Position numbers and translations under genes: made by a program | NCBI RefSeq assembly: GCF_001194135.2 | Contig: NC_068990.1 | Span: 69,510,488-69,574,487, forward strand | From: Octopus bimaculoides | Taxonomy: Eukaryota | Direction: 5' to 3' | DNA: 64,000 bases | Notes under the pieces: model-generated | Told to the model about the DNA's origin: nothing | What the model saw: only the letters and a program-made list of their open reading frames with translations | The model's database searches: none | Shown: positions 1-10,918 of the stretch, in pieces | Position numbering within the stretch: the stretch's first letter is position 1 | Layout: each line of letters begins with the position of its first letter

Positions 1-328
1 CAAAATGCCATTTTGCCTGGCATGCTAATGATTCTGTTAGCGCACCACTTTTATACATACATGTGTATGTAAAGAATATTAATATTAACCAACTGTAAAG
101 CTATAATCGTTTTTTTTTTTTTTTGCAATGAATATATACACTGAACAGTCTTAATGGGTTTGGATGTGTGAATGGTTATATGTATTGGTGGTGGTGGTGG
201 TAGGGACATAAAAACAAAATTTTAAAAATAAATAAAAACCTTTAATAAATAAGTTAAGATGGAGCCAATGTCATGAAATGGTGAAATAAATGATTCTTTT
301 GAAAATTATGAAATGAGTTTTTTTCATC

Positions 329-1230
329 TTATGCTGAAGAATGAGGTTCATTTTGTTGTGGAATCAGTGATTCTGTTCTCTCTAAGTTTTGTTCAGTGAT
401 ATCAAAGTCAGGCGGTAAAGGAAAAGAGGAATGGGTTGCTGGTTGGGTGGAATTGGAAGAGTCCATTAATATAGCCAAAGATTGAGTTTGGTGCTGTCCT
501 TGGTTCACAATGAGTGGAGTTTGGTTACTGACAGCTGTACACGTGTTGTCTGGGAGGACAAAAAGATCATAAGCAGATTGACGTGACCATTTCCTACAGC
601 ATTTTATTCCAGAACATCGATAACTTGCTAAGTTGTCATTACATTTGAAAACGACCAAAACAGCTATGATACAGAGTGCAACTAAAATAGTGCAAATAAC
701 TATTGGAAGAACAGGAGGACCGGTTTCAATTTCATCTTGTTTATGGCCATTTGCCATATCTGTAACAATACCAATGCAATTGGAAGTTAAAGAATTGGGA
801 TCCACAGCTTCTGTCAAACACTGATCCACAATATTAGTCCGAGCACAGAAATTATAATAGACACCAGATATAAGATCTGAGATTTCATAAGTGAGGTTTG
901 TGATTCCAGGAATCTTATAACACGTGTCGCTTTCATTGGTCCAGTATTGTAATGTATATTTCAAGTATGGATCATATTGCCATTCCGATAGGTTAGAGTT
1001 CTGTAATGTTATCCGAAGCTCAACGCTGTATTCAGTGATTCTTCTGGGAGTCAGAACTAACAGGGACTCACAGTGAGGGCCAATCCAACGGTCATGGCAG
1101 ATACATTCTGCATGTTTGAGGACTCGGTCATCCACTTCAGACAAAAGAGTCTGACATTGACCTCTGTTTTCACAATGGAAATCTTCACAAGGGTCATCAG
1201 TAAGGGCAGTTTCATAAAATGTTAAATTTT
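329..1230 (-). CDS. Terminal coding exon of a type I membrane protein: EGF + FN3 + TM + cytoplasmic tail (vasorin-like C-terminal architecture)
   Basis: ORF 329-1246 has a 6-Cys EGF (DPCEDFHCENRGQC...CICHDRWIGPHC), an FN3 with Y-x-I-x-x-L-x-x-G-x-x-Y-x-F-C and terminal C-x4-T, and a hydrophobic TM (VLPIVICTILVALCIIAVLVVF). Acceptor tttgtttctctcttcag| ends at 1231; stop TAA at 331-329. Confidence 0.9.
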
Positions 1231-1354
1231 CTGAAGAGAGAAACAAAAGTTTTTGAAAACAAACATCTGTTCAATAAGAAGGATATCTATAGTTAAGTAT
1301 TTTAATAGTTAAATATGGCTACATCTCCACATTAAGAGGTTACAGTTCCAGTAC

Positions 1355-1500
1355 AAGGGACATGTGATTAGAATGGCACATGAAAGAATCACAAGATGGA
1401 TTCTTCAATTTCAGCCAACCGACAGGAGACCTAGGGGTATACCAAGACTGAGATGGTTGGATAATATCCACAGTCTCAGTTGGTCACACTCCCTATGGAG
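1355..1500 (+). mobile_element. RTE-like LINE 3' ORF remnant
   Basis: RMAHERITRWILQFQPTDRRPRGIPRLRWLDNI resembles the RTE C-terminal R-P-R-G-R-P-x-x-R-W motif. Confidence 0.65.
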
Positions 1501-1754
1501 GAGGTGCCTTACTCTAATATTCCAACAACCCTCTCAGAAAAAGTGAGCAGAGAAAATGGACAGATGGAAATATGGTTAAGTTATATATTTTATAATACAA
1601 ACTACTGATAGCATTTATAATTGAATCAATATAAAACAAAAAAAAAATGTGAAATGTTAGGATTTTCTTTTAGGTTAAAGCTGCTGAGAATATTGACATA
1701 AAAACTTCAGTTAAAAATCTATATGGTACACAAATCTATGATACAATTTCAGTT

Positions 1755-2060
1755 TACATGTGTAGCAAGCAAATTTTCAGTACAGATGCATATACATGCA
1801 TTCAGTACAGATATGTAGCAAACTATACTTTTAATAGATATATAACAAACTATAGTTTTACTACAGATGTATATATAGCATATTATACATTCAATGCAGA
1901 TATATAGCAGGCTACAGTTTTAATACAGATGTATATATTTCAAGCTATACATTCAATGCAGATATAAAGCAAGCTATAGTTTTAATACATGATGTATATA
2001 TTTTAAGCTATACATTCAACATGGATATATAGCAAGTTATAAACTCAATAGATACAGCTA
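1755..2060. repeat. Degenerate minisatellite, alternating ~29/~33-bp units
   Basis: Repeated cagatatatagcaagctatagttttaata / cagatgtatatatttcaagctatacattcaatg; related motif at ~4750-4800. Confidence 0.75.
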
Positions 2061-2094
2061 CTTCTCCACATTAAAAGGTTACATATATATATAG

Positions 2095-4130
2095 TGGGTC
2101 ATCCCATAAATAAAGGGGCATTTTCCTTGCTTCTGCCATAATCTGTCTATCTTGTTTACTCTTGAAGAAGAAGAAGAAAAAAAAAAAGAAGGGAGAATAA
2201 GAAGGAATGTAGGTAGTATGATAGTAGTGAGGTGCTAGATGGCCAAGTGACCTAAAAGTGGCTCATTATGGATTATATCAGTGATTGGGACTGTTTTTTA
2301 ATGAATTCTTAGGAGTGTATCATTTTTAATATTTGCGTATGAGTTTGTGTTATTCTAAGGCCGTGGTGGATATGTCATTTGTTGTAGACGTGTTCAAAAG
2401 GGGTCTGCATTTTGTAATAAAGATAGGTTTCTTTATTAGCCACACAGGGCTCAACACAGAGGGNNNNNNNNNNNNNNNNNNNNNNNNNNNNNNNNNNNNN
2501 NNNNNNNNNNNNNNNNNNNNNNNNNNNNNNNNNNNNNNNNNNNNNNNNNNNNNNNNNNNNNNNNNNNNNNNNNNNNNNNNNNNNNNNNNNNNNNNNNNNN
2601 NNNNNNNNNNNNNNNNNNNNNNNNNNNNNNNNNNNNNNNNNNNNNNNNNNNNNNNNNNNNNNNNNNNNNNNNNNNNNNNNNNNNNNNNNNNNNNNNNNNN
2701 NNNNNNNNNNNNNNNNNNNNNNNNNNNNNNNNNNNNNNNNNNNNNNNNNNNNNNNNNNNNNNNNNNNNNNNNNNNNNNNNNNNNNNNNNNNNNNNNNNNN
2801 NNNNNNNNNNNNNNNNNNNNNNNNNNNNNNNNNNNNNNNNNNNNNNNNNNNNNNNNNNNNNNNNNNNNNNNNNNNNNNNNNNNNNNNNNNNNNNNNNNNN
2901 NNNNNNNNNNNNNNNNNNNNNNNNNNNNNNNNNNNNNNNNNNNNNNNNNNNNNNNNNNNNNNNNNNNNNNNNNNNNNNNNNNNNNNNNNNNNNNNNNNNN
3001 NNNNNNNNNNNNNNNNNNNNNNNNNNNNNNNNNNNNNNNNNNNNNNNNNNNNNNNNNNNNNNNNNNNNNNNNNNNNNNNNNNNNNNNNNNNNNNNNNNNN
3101 NNNNNNNNNNNNNNNNNNNNNNNNNNNNNNNNNNNNNNNNNNNNNNNNNNNNNNNNNNNNNNNNNNNNNNNNNNNNNNNNNNNNNNNNNNNNNNNNNNNN
3201 NNNNNNNNNNNNNNNNNNNNNNNNNNNNNNNNNNNNNNNNNNNNNNNNNNNNNNNNNNNNNNNNNNNNNNNNNNNNNNNNNNNNNNNNNNNNNNNNNNNN
3301 NNNNNNNNNNNNNNNNNNNNNNNNNNNNNNNNNNNNNNNNNNNNNNNNNNNNNNNNNNNACACTCACGGTGCCATTCGCCATTCCTCGGCCTCTTTTTGA
3401 TCCACGACTGCAGCTCGGTCATGGAGACGAGCTGCGGGAAAGCGCGTCGCACAAAAGGCGACCACACCTGCTCACCGTCGTCTATGTAGAGCCGGAGATG
3501 TCGCAGTCTCAGCGCATGTCTGCGCATCATCAACCACGGCATGCCCAGCCCTCCTTTCAGCGGGTGTTGGCAACAAACGGATCGCTTCACCATCGGAACG
3601 CTTCCTTTCCACAAAAAGTGGAAGAGGATGCGCTCCATTTCGGTGTCTCTTTACTAATTCGTTGGCTACAGGTTGTATTCTCCCTGAATTGGTAGAGGGG
3701 AAAAATGAAGGCTAAGCCCACTGCTATAATCCATAACAAGCCACTTTTAGGTCACTTGACCATTAAACACCTTACTACTATCATGCTACCTACATTCCTT
3801 CTTATTCTCCCTTCTCTTTCTTCTTCTTCCTCTCCACCACCTTCTTCTTAATTTTACCACTATTGCTGTTTAGAATTTTATAAACAAAACATTCAAAAGA
3901 AATTCAGTTACTACTACCATCCCACAACAGGTCACTTTCAGAGCACTTGACCATTTAACATTCTTATCTTCTTCCTCCTCCCCTTCTTCTTCTTCTTCTT
4001 CTCCTCCTCCTGTTTCTTCTTCCCTACCAAGAATTCACAATGACCTCAAATCCACAAGAGTAAACAAGAGACAGAAACAGGCAGAAACAAGGAAAATGCC
4101 ACTTGTATTTGAACTCTATGCAAATATTCT
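2095..4130. mobile_element. MITE-like element with long inverted arms (~2095-2290 vs ~3720-4130) enclosing a Tx1 fragment
   Basis: 2190-2280 is the reverse complement of ~3725-3815, and 2115-2165 of ~4052-4112. Left end gggtcatcccataa after TA resembles the mariner-type TIR also seen at ~13405-13420. Confidence 0.65.
2380..3700 (-). mobile_element. Tx1/L1-clade LINE 3' fragment (mostly gap)
   Basis: MERILFHFLWKGSVPMVKRSVCCQHPLKGGLGMP is a typical L1/Tx1 post-RT motif; homologous to the copy at 56424-57505; 3'UTR similarity near 2390-2430. Confidence 0.8.
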
Positions 4131-4320
4131 TTTAAAAAACTTTTCTTTTAATTTTTCCAAAATTTAATTGTTTTCCATACTTACAGCTGAAAAAATCTCA
4201 ACGACTGAAACCGGTACTGAAATGTTTTTTATAAAATTATTTGAGCATTTTCTACCTTGACTTTTTTTTTCCATATATACCAACTCATATGTTCCTTTTC
4301 AACCTTCTACATTATATATA

Positions 4321-4357
<37 letters not shown>

Positions 4358-4489
4358 NNNNNNNNNNNNNNNNNNNNNNNNNNNNNNNNNNNNNNNNNNN
4401 NNNNNNNNNNNNNNNNNNNNNNNNNNNNNNNNNNNNNNNNNNNNNNNNNNNNNNNNNNNNNNNNNNNNNNNNNNNNNNNNNNNNNNNNN

Positions 4490-4735
4490 GGCCGTCCACT
4501 CGTGACCAAGGAAGACCATTGCCGACCTTCAGGAACATTGTGCGCTCTAGGACTAACTTATATTTCGCATTTGCGGCTCCATTGGTGGCTAATGAGCCTT
4601 GCTCTTGACAAGCATACACGACTGCAAACATTGCAGACCAAGCTTTCCCCATTCACTATACGAGCCGTGCACTTTCACGCAGCTCGCTTAAGTTCTTCAT
4701 GCTGGATACATGCACTCTCAAAAGTGTCGATCCCC
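4490..4735 (-). mobile_element. RTE-like LINE 3' end with C2H2 knuckle
   Basis: Minus-strand frame reads ESLVCNVCSRVCLSRARLISHQWS, the terminal zinc finger of RTE ORFs. Confidence 0.6.
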
Positions 4736-5164
4736 TCCTTAACCTGTTATATATATAGCAACCTATAGCCTCAATGCAAATGTATACAAGCTATAGTTTT
4801 ATTCAGCACATTATATCTTCTAAGTGGCTGTTGTTGCTTAGCTCCAGGCTGACTATGACTGAATAGAACTATGGCCATCCTTCCTGCTTGTATATGAGGG
4901 TCCTACTTTCCAATATATTGTTCATTAATTATATGACACAATAATATCTGGAGAAAGTTTGACTGCTATTTCTAGCAGGTTATGTGAAAGTTAACAGGTA
5001 GGTCAGTTACTTAATATAACTGAGGTAAGTTAGTTCTGATTCATCTGATTGTTACTGCAGAAACGATTCTTTGAGTAGTAGAGTACTATTCTCAAATTCC
5101 TTTAGAGTGATGCTCCAGCACAACCGCTGTACACAAACTGAGAAATAATAAAAAGAATAGCTAC

Positions 5165-5240
5165 CTGCAAACACCCTTGGCTGACAATACAATAGACACA
5201 TTACAAGACACAGAACTAGTCTGTTAAAATAAATATTCAT
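5165..5240 (-). CDS. First coding exon, signal peptide MNIYFNRLVLCLVMCLLYCQPRVFA (exon 5165-5265 including 25 nt of 5'UTR)
   Basis: Strong acceptor (tttttcttttgtag| at 5266), ATG in agaaaATG context, hydrophobic core, donor GCAG|gtagct. 76 nt = phase 1, which joins G|AA to give ...VFA-ENLTF in frame with the 1230 exon. Confidence 0.85.
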
Positions 5241-5469
5241 TTTCTTTCTGTGATTTCTTCAACATCTACAAAAGAAAAGAAAAGAAAAAAAAAGAAAGAA
5301 TTAAGAAAAAATAACTGAAGATTTTGTTTTGTAATTTTTTTTTCTTTTACTTATTTAAAATAGAAAATTTAAAAACAAACTTTCCCCATATTCTTCAAGA
5401 ATTCTTGGAGACATATTTTTGGGTTTCATACATTCTTCAATCATTAGTGACTTCTTAGATACAGAGAGG

Positions 5470-5670
5470 TGGACTGGCAGAACCATTAGAGTGTTGGACA
5501 AAATATCTTGTGGCATTTGATCTGCCCTTTAACGTTCTGAGTTCAAATCTTGATCTGCTTTATTCTTCAGGATTGACAAAAGTAAAGAGCCAGTCATATA
5601 CTGGGTTGATTTCATTGACTTCCACCCCACCTTCACGAATTTGTGGTATTGTATCTCTGTTAGAAACAAT
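5470..5670 (+). mobile_element. SINE family B (…ttctgagttcaaat…tttgtgg…gaaac); other copies ~14785-14945, 39985-40200, 48705-48915, 48946-49030, 49318-49500, 52445-52596(-)
   Basis: Shared core acgttctgagttcaaattc…tttgcctttcatcc…ggggtcgat across many copies in the window. Confidence 0.8.
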
Positions 5671-7317
5671 TACTGACTCCTTAGATGGAAAGATTTACAA
5701 CGAAGACAAAATAAGACTAGTAGTAAGAAACTCTCAAGCGAGCTGAACAGCAGAAGGTTTTCACAGAAGAAACCCCACCCAGGAAAGTGTTTAAGCCTTT
5801 GACTTCTTATACTCTAAAAGGGGCCAGGTCACATCGAAGTCATGAGCCCTGAGTGCCCTTCTGATGACACTTTTTAGCCACTTGGATATCGGAGAATAGT
5901 GCATTTGAACCACTAATGACATTCATGCCTTCCTCTGGAGAATTTAAAATGCAAATGAAGGGAACTGTTTTGTATTTAGTTTGCAAGATTTTTCATGTGA
6001 AATTGTGAGTTGAAACACTGTGTTGTATCTTGGTAGGGTCAAAATACCAATAATAAACATATTCACTAGTTTTATATCATTTTATTATTATTAGTCAACT
6101 AGTTAATCATTTGATCACTTAACTGATTAATTGTTCAGTCAAGCAATCAAATAATTGATTAGTTAATTGGTTAACTATCTATCCATCAGTCTTCCCTGCT
6201 TAATATTTCTGGGAGGGTCATAGGGAAAGAGTCTTCAGGAACCTTCTCCATAGAGTCATATTAGAAGCAAAAGTCATTAGACTTTCCAATTGGACTCTCA
6301 AGCATGACCAACTGAAACAATGGATATTATCCAATCCTCTCTCTCTCTCTGTTGTCTACCTCTAGGTCTCCTGATGGTTGGCTTGGTTTCTTCCAGTGAC
6401 ATTCTAACTACTCTTAATGGTTAACTAGTTGACAAATATAATAATAATAAAGGAAGTGAAATACAACCAGTGTGTGTGAGTGTGTGTTTCTTATTGACAT
6501 AATGCAGTGAATTACATTTTCTGTAATTTTTCAGTTTCAAAATCTTCTTTCAAAAACTTTTTGGGATTTATATTCTCAGTATTTTTGAAGAACCATTCAC
6601 TTCAAATGCTTCATTCACTTCAAAAGAGGTAAATTTGAAAAAAGTCAAAACTGAAGAATTACACAATGGATTTTTTTGTTTTTTTGCAGAATCATAATCT
6701 ACAATGCTTAGAACATTGACATCTGAAGAAATTGTAGTTTTTGGTGGACTAATTAATTTTTGACTGCTTAACTGAACTGGATAAATGAGTTCTGGTTGTC
6801 AGTTCCACTGTTCTAGTTATCTAGGGGTCAACAGTTCAACTACGAAGATCAGTTAATTTAAGAAGATAATAATAGGTCTTGGTACAACAGCTCCGCAAGG
6901 TTTTAATTGAAAGCAAATTGAATATGTTGTATAGACATGTTGTATGTGATGTATAAATCTTTTTCTTTTATGGCTTTCTCTTGCAACTTGAAGTAGTTAA
7001 TAGAACAAGCATTACCGAATGCAAAAGATCAGAGTCGCATTATTTTGATTAATACTTCTTTTTATTTTATAGAGATAAATAATTACAATTGCAAAATATA
7101 TATCAAGAGTAATCCCCCAATGTTCACTCTTAAAGATTTGTGGTATTGTATCTCTGTTAGAAACAATTACTGACTCCTTAGATGGAAAGATTTACAAGGA
7201 AGACAAAATAAGACTAGTAGTAAGAAACTCTCAAGTGAGCTGAACAGCAGAAGGTTTTCAGTGAAGAAACCCCACCCAGGAAAGTGTTTAAACCTTTGAC
7301 TTTTTATACTCTTAAAG
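5639..7317 (+). repeat. ~180-bp near-identical direct repeat (5639-5820 and 7136-7317)
   Basis: atttgtggtattgtatctctgttagaaacaattactgactcc…tatactct is present twice with few differences. Confidence 0.92.
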
Positions 7318-7499
7318 ATTAAGCCAAGGCAATGTAATGAAAAACATTTTCAAGTTTTTTTCCTAAAGATAATGTAAATAATGTAAAGATAACTTGTCAT
7401 GAAGAGATGACAAGAATTCCTTAACTAATTCAAAGTATTCTAAGGAAAAAGTTTGGATAAATGATTTAAGGTCATAAAAGCGAATAATGCTGTGTCTAT

Positions 7500-7895
7500 T
7501 ACATTAGTGTCAGAGACATTTCAACCACAGTGGACTGGTTCTTGTGCGGGTGGCACATGAGATGCACCATTTTGAGCGTGGCCGTTGCCAGTACCGCCTG
7601 ACTGGCTCCTGTAGGATTTTCGAGCGAGATCGTTGCCAGTGCCCCTGGACTGGCTTGTGCGGGTGGCACATAAAAGACACCATTTCGAGCGTGGCCGTTT
7701 TCGTGCGGGTGACACGTAAAAGCACCCACTACACTCTCTGAGTGGTTGGCGTTAGGAAGGGCATCCAGCTGTAGAAACTCTGCCAAATCAGACTGGAGCC
7801 TGGTGTTGCCATCCGGTTTCACCAGTCCTCAGTCAAATCGTCCAACCCATGCTAGCATGGAAAGCGGACGTTAAACGATGATGATGATGATGATG
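7500..7895 (+). mobile_element. SINE family C, (GAT)n-tailed, with internal tandem subrepeats; other copies ~11370-11662(+), 12640-12800(-), 50630-50693(-), 50860-50905(+), 54300-54470(-)
   Basis: gtggttggcgttaggaagggcatccagctgta…catgctagcatggaaagcggacgttaaacgatgatgatg; upstream repeats of gtgcgggtggcaca and cgagcgtggccgtt. Confidence 0.8.
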
Positions 7896-8965
7896 AGACA
7901 GGCAAGGTTGTGAGTGACATAACTTCATGGGGACAGCGTAAACGTCACTAAAAAACATGGAAAAATTGTAGTTTTTAAAACCTTGATTGGAAATTTCTAG
8001 AAGCGTCCAGAAACAATCTTTTGGAATAATTTTCAGTCAAAAACCAAGATGGCTTTGGCTAGTATATTTTTCAACCAATGAAATGAGTCCTTTCAAATTA
8101 AGTTTGCTTTACTTGCAAATCACTGCCAAAAGAACTTTCTTACAAACTAACTCTAGTTTATTTTCATTCAATAATACTTTGCTAAAACGCTTTTTACTAC
8201 AACTGCATTCTTTAAGGAAACCAAGATCTTTTGAAATGTCCTGTTAAATAAATTATCAGTGAAATTAGTGGTGATGAGGCCAATATGTCATAATGAATTA
8301 CCAAACAAACTTGGGTTTCACAATCAGAGCAGCATCTTCAATGATGTTTATTAAATAAGAAACCAATGTTCCAAATGAAGTCCACATTTTGCATCTTTGA
8401 GAAATACACTCCTTTGTTATTGGCCAGTCTACCTAACCATAAATAATTTAGGGCTAAGGTTATCTATAAAGATTTTGTATAGAAATTATAGCCAGCATTG
8501 ATTTGTTACAATGTTTAATAGCATTAGCACAGTAAAACACAGTATTGACTTATAGAGAGTGTAATATAGTTTGTAATATATTATGATTGCATAACAAAAT
8601 ACGGTGCCTCTACAAGTCATTAATTCAAGGTTGGTATTGCACACTAAACAACATAGGTGACCTCCTGAGATACCGAAACCTGAAGGACCACAAATCACTT
8701 TCAAAAAATTTCTTCATTCAATTAAAAACATAGTCTTAATAAGAAATAAACAAGGCTAGGTCACTTCCAGAACTAAGAAGGATGTAGGATGTTGATTCAT
8801 TCATTTTGCAGACTCATTGTCTATGAACCTTAAAATATACACATTCAAAGAAATTACTGCTTTCTTGTGCACTAGGAAATTTCTGGTTCTGTTCTACTGG
8901 AACACAAATATTGCCTCTCCGCACCAATTCTTGTACCTCTAAGCTTATTTCACAAGTCTGTACAA

Positions 8966-9340
8966 GCATGGCTGTGTGGTAAGAAACTTGCTTCCTAACC
9001 ACATGGTTCCAGGTTCAGTCCTACTGTGTGGCACCTTTGGCTAGTGCCTTCTACTATAGCCTCAGGCTAACCAAAGCCTTGAGTGGATTTTGTAGATAGA
9101 AACTGAAAGAAGCCTGTCGTGTGCGTGCATCATTGTGTCTGTGTTTGTCTCCCACCACAGCTTGACAACCAGTGTTGGTGTGTTTACATCCTCATAACAG
9201 TGGTTTGGCATCAAGAGAATGAAAGAATAAGTACCAGGTTTTAAAAAATAAGTCCTGGGGTCGATTTGTTTAACTAAAACCCTTCAAGGTGATGCCCTGC
9301 CACAGCCACAGTCTAATGACTGAAACAAGTAAGACACAAA
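8966..9340 (+). mobile_element. tRNA-derived SINE family A; other copies ~23480-23710, 24115-24310(-), 26060-26200(-), 27000-27125(-), 30235-30420(-), 33500-33945, 40650-40862, 63340-63490
   Basis: Head gcatggctgtgtggtaagaa…ggttcagtcc (A/B-box-like), internal (GT)n, tail gactgaaacaagtaa(aaga)n. Confidence 0.82.
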
Positions 9341-10544
9341 AGATAAAAGATAATATGTGTGAATATTTATACACATACATAACTTTACTAAACTATAATC
9401 AGGTGTGGCTTTAACAGGTATTACACACCTCCATAGATGTGTAATACACAGAAACTGTAGCCAAGTGCATCTTGTCTATATACTAGATATGTAATACTTA
9501 GTACATACCCAGTGTAGACACACTTAGCTACAATACATTTGGTGACACTTTCATCCCTTATATAAATAAATATACTGAACATCTTCAAATTTATATTAAA
9601 CATCATTTAATAATATAATCCTTATAAAAATATGAAATAAATTATAATAAACGTAAGAAAACAAAATCAACACCTAAGACAATACAAAATTATACCAAAA
9701 GGCCAAACTATTACACACCATGTGTGATACTATGTCAATGTAAAGGTATGTAATACACCAACACACCTAGTGTATACCTGAAGTAAACATTACTGATTAC
9801 AATTTTAGTATTTTTATACACCTATATAGGTGTGCCATACTCTCAGTATATACCTGGAGGTAGTTTAGTATAGTTACATACCTGTGCAGGTGTGTAATAC
9901 ACTAAAACTATAGTTAAGTGGTTCATCTCCGGGTACATAAAACATGTGTTTGTGTACTACAGACCAACATAGGTGATGAAATAGCACTTTCAGAAATTAC
10001 TTTTATTGTCTAAATAAATTATGCATTTGTAACTGGTTCTAATTTATCATAAAATCTTGTCACACTCTTACACTAATTAATGATTAATTAAATCATCACC
10101 ATTCACTGTGGATTGTACATTAACAAGGGTGTACTCTATGTGGTCGCTGGAGATGCTAGAAATAGTAGGCGAATATCTCAAAATACACTTATGAAAGAAA
10201 CAAACCATACTGCATTGACTGAAAATAAAAAGGAATTGTTCTTGTGTGTTTATGTGTAACTAAGTGGTATGTGTGTGTGTACTCATTTGACATGTGTAAA
10301 GCTGTGTGCATGTAAGTACCTATGTGTATAAACAGGTATGCATTTGTACCTAAGCGGTATATCAATGCGAGTGTGTCTGTATGTATGTATACTTATCTGG
10401 ACCATGTATAAGCTGTGTGTATGTGTGCATGTACCTAAGTGGAGCTTGTATAACTATGTGTATCTCTATGTAATATGTGTATAGTTGTGTGTGTGTGTTT
10501 GCACTTATGTGCTGTGTGCCTAGCTGCATGTGTACCAAAGTGGA

Positions 10545-10918
10545 TTTGTTGGCACTCCATCGTTTACGACGTCAAGGGTTCCAGTTGATCCGATCAACGG
10601 AACAGCCTGCTCATGAAATTAACGTGCAAGTGGCTGAGCACTCCACAGACACGTGTACCCTTAACGTAGTTCTCGGGGATATTCAGCGTGACACAGTGTG
10701 ACAAGGCTAACCCTTTGAATTACAGGCACAACAGAAACAGGAAGTAAGAGTGAGAGAAAGTTGTGGTGGAAGAGTACAGCAGGGTTCGCCACCATCCCCT
10801 GCCGGAGCCATGTGGAGCTTTAGGTGTTTTCGCTCAATAAACACTCACAATGCCCAGTCTGGGAATCAAAACCGCGAGTCTGTTGCCCTAACCACTGGTC
10901 CATTGTGCCTCCATGGCA
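10545..10918 (-). mobile_element. tRNA-derived SINE family D; inverted relative copy at ~11695-11990(+)
   Basis: Minus-strand head ggaggcacaatggaccagtggttagggc; shared body gtgctcagccacttgcac…aggctgttcc…gatcaactggaacc. Confidence 0.75.

Noticed and set aside
4185-4216. Possible micro-exon in the receptor intron (donor gct|gtaagt)
   Set aside because: Candidate lengths of 20 or 32 nt break the frame, and the acceptors are weak.
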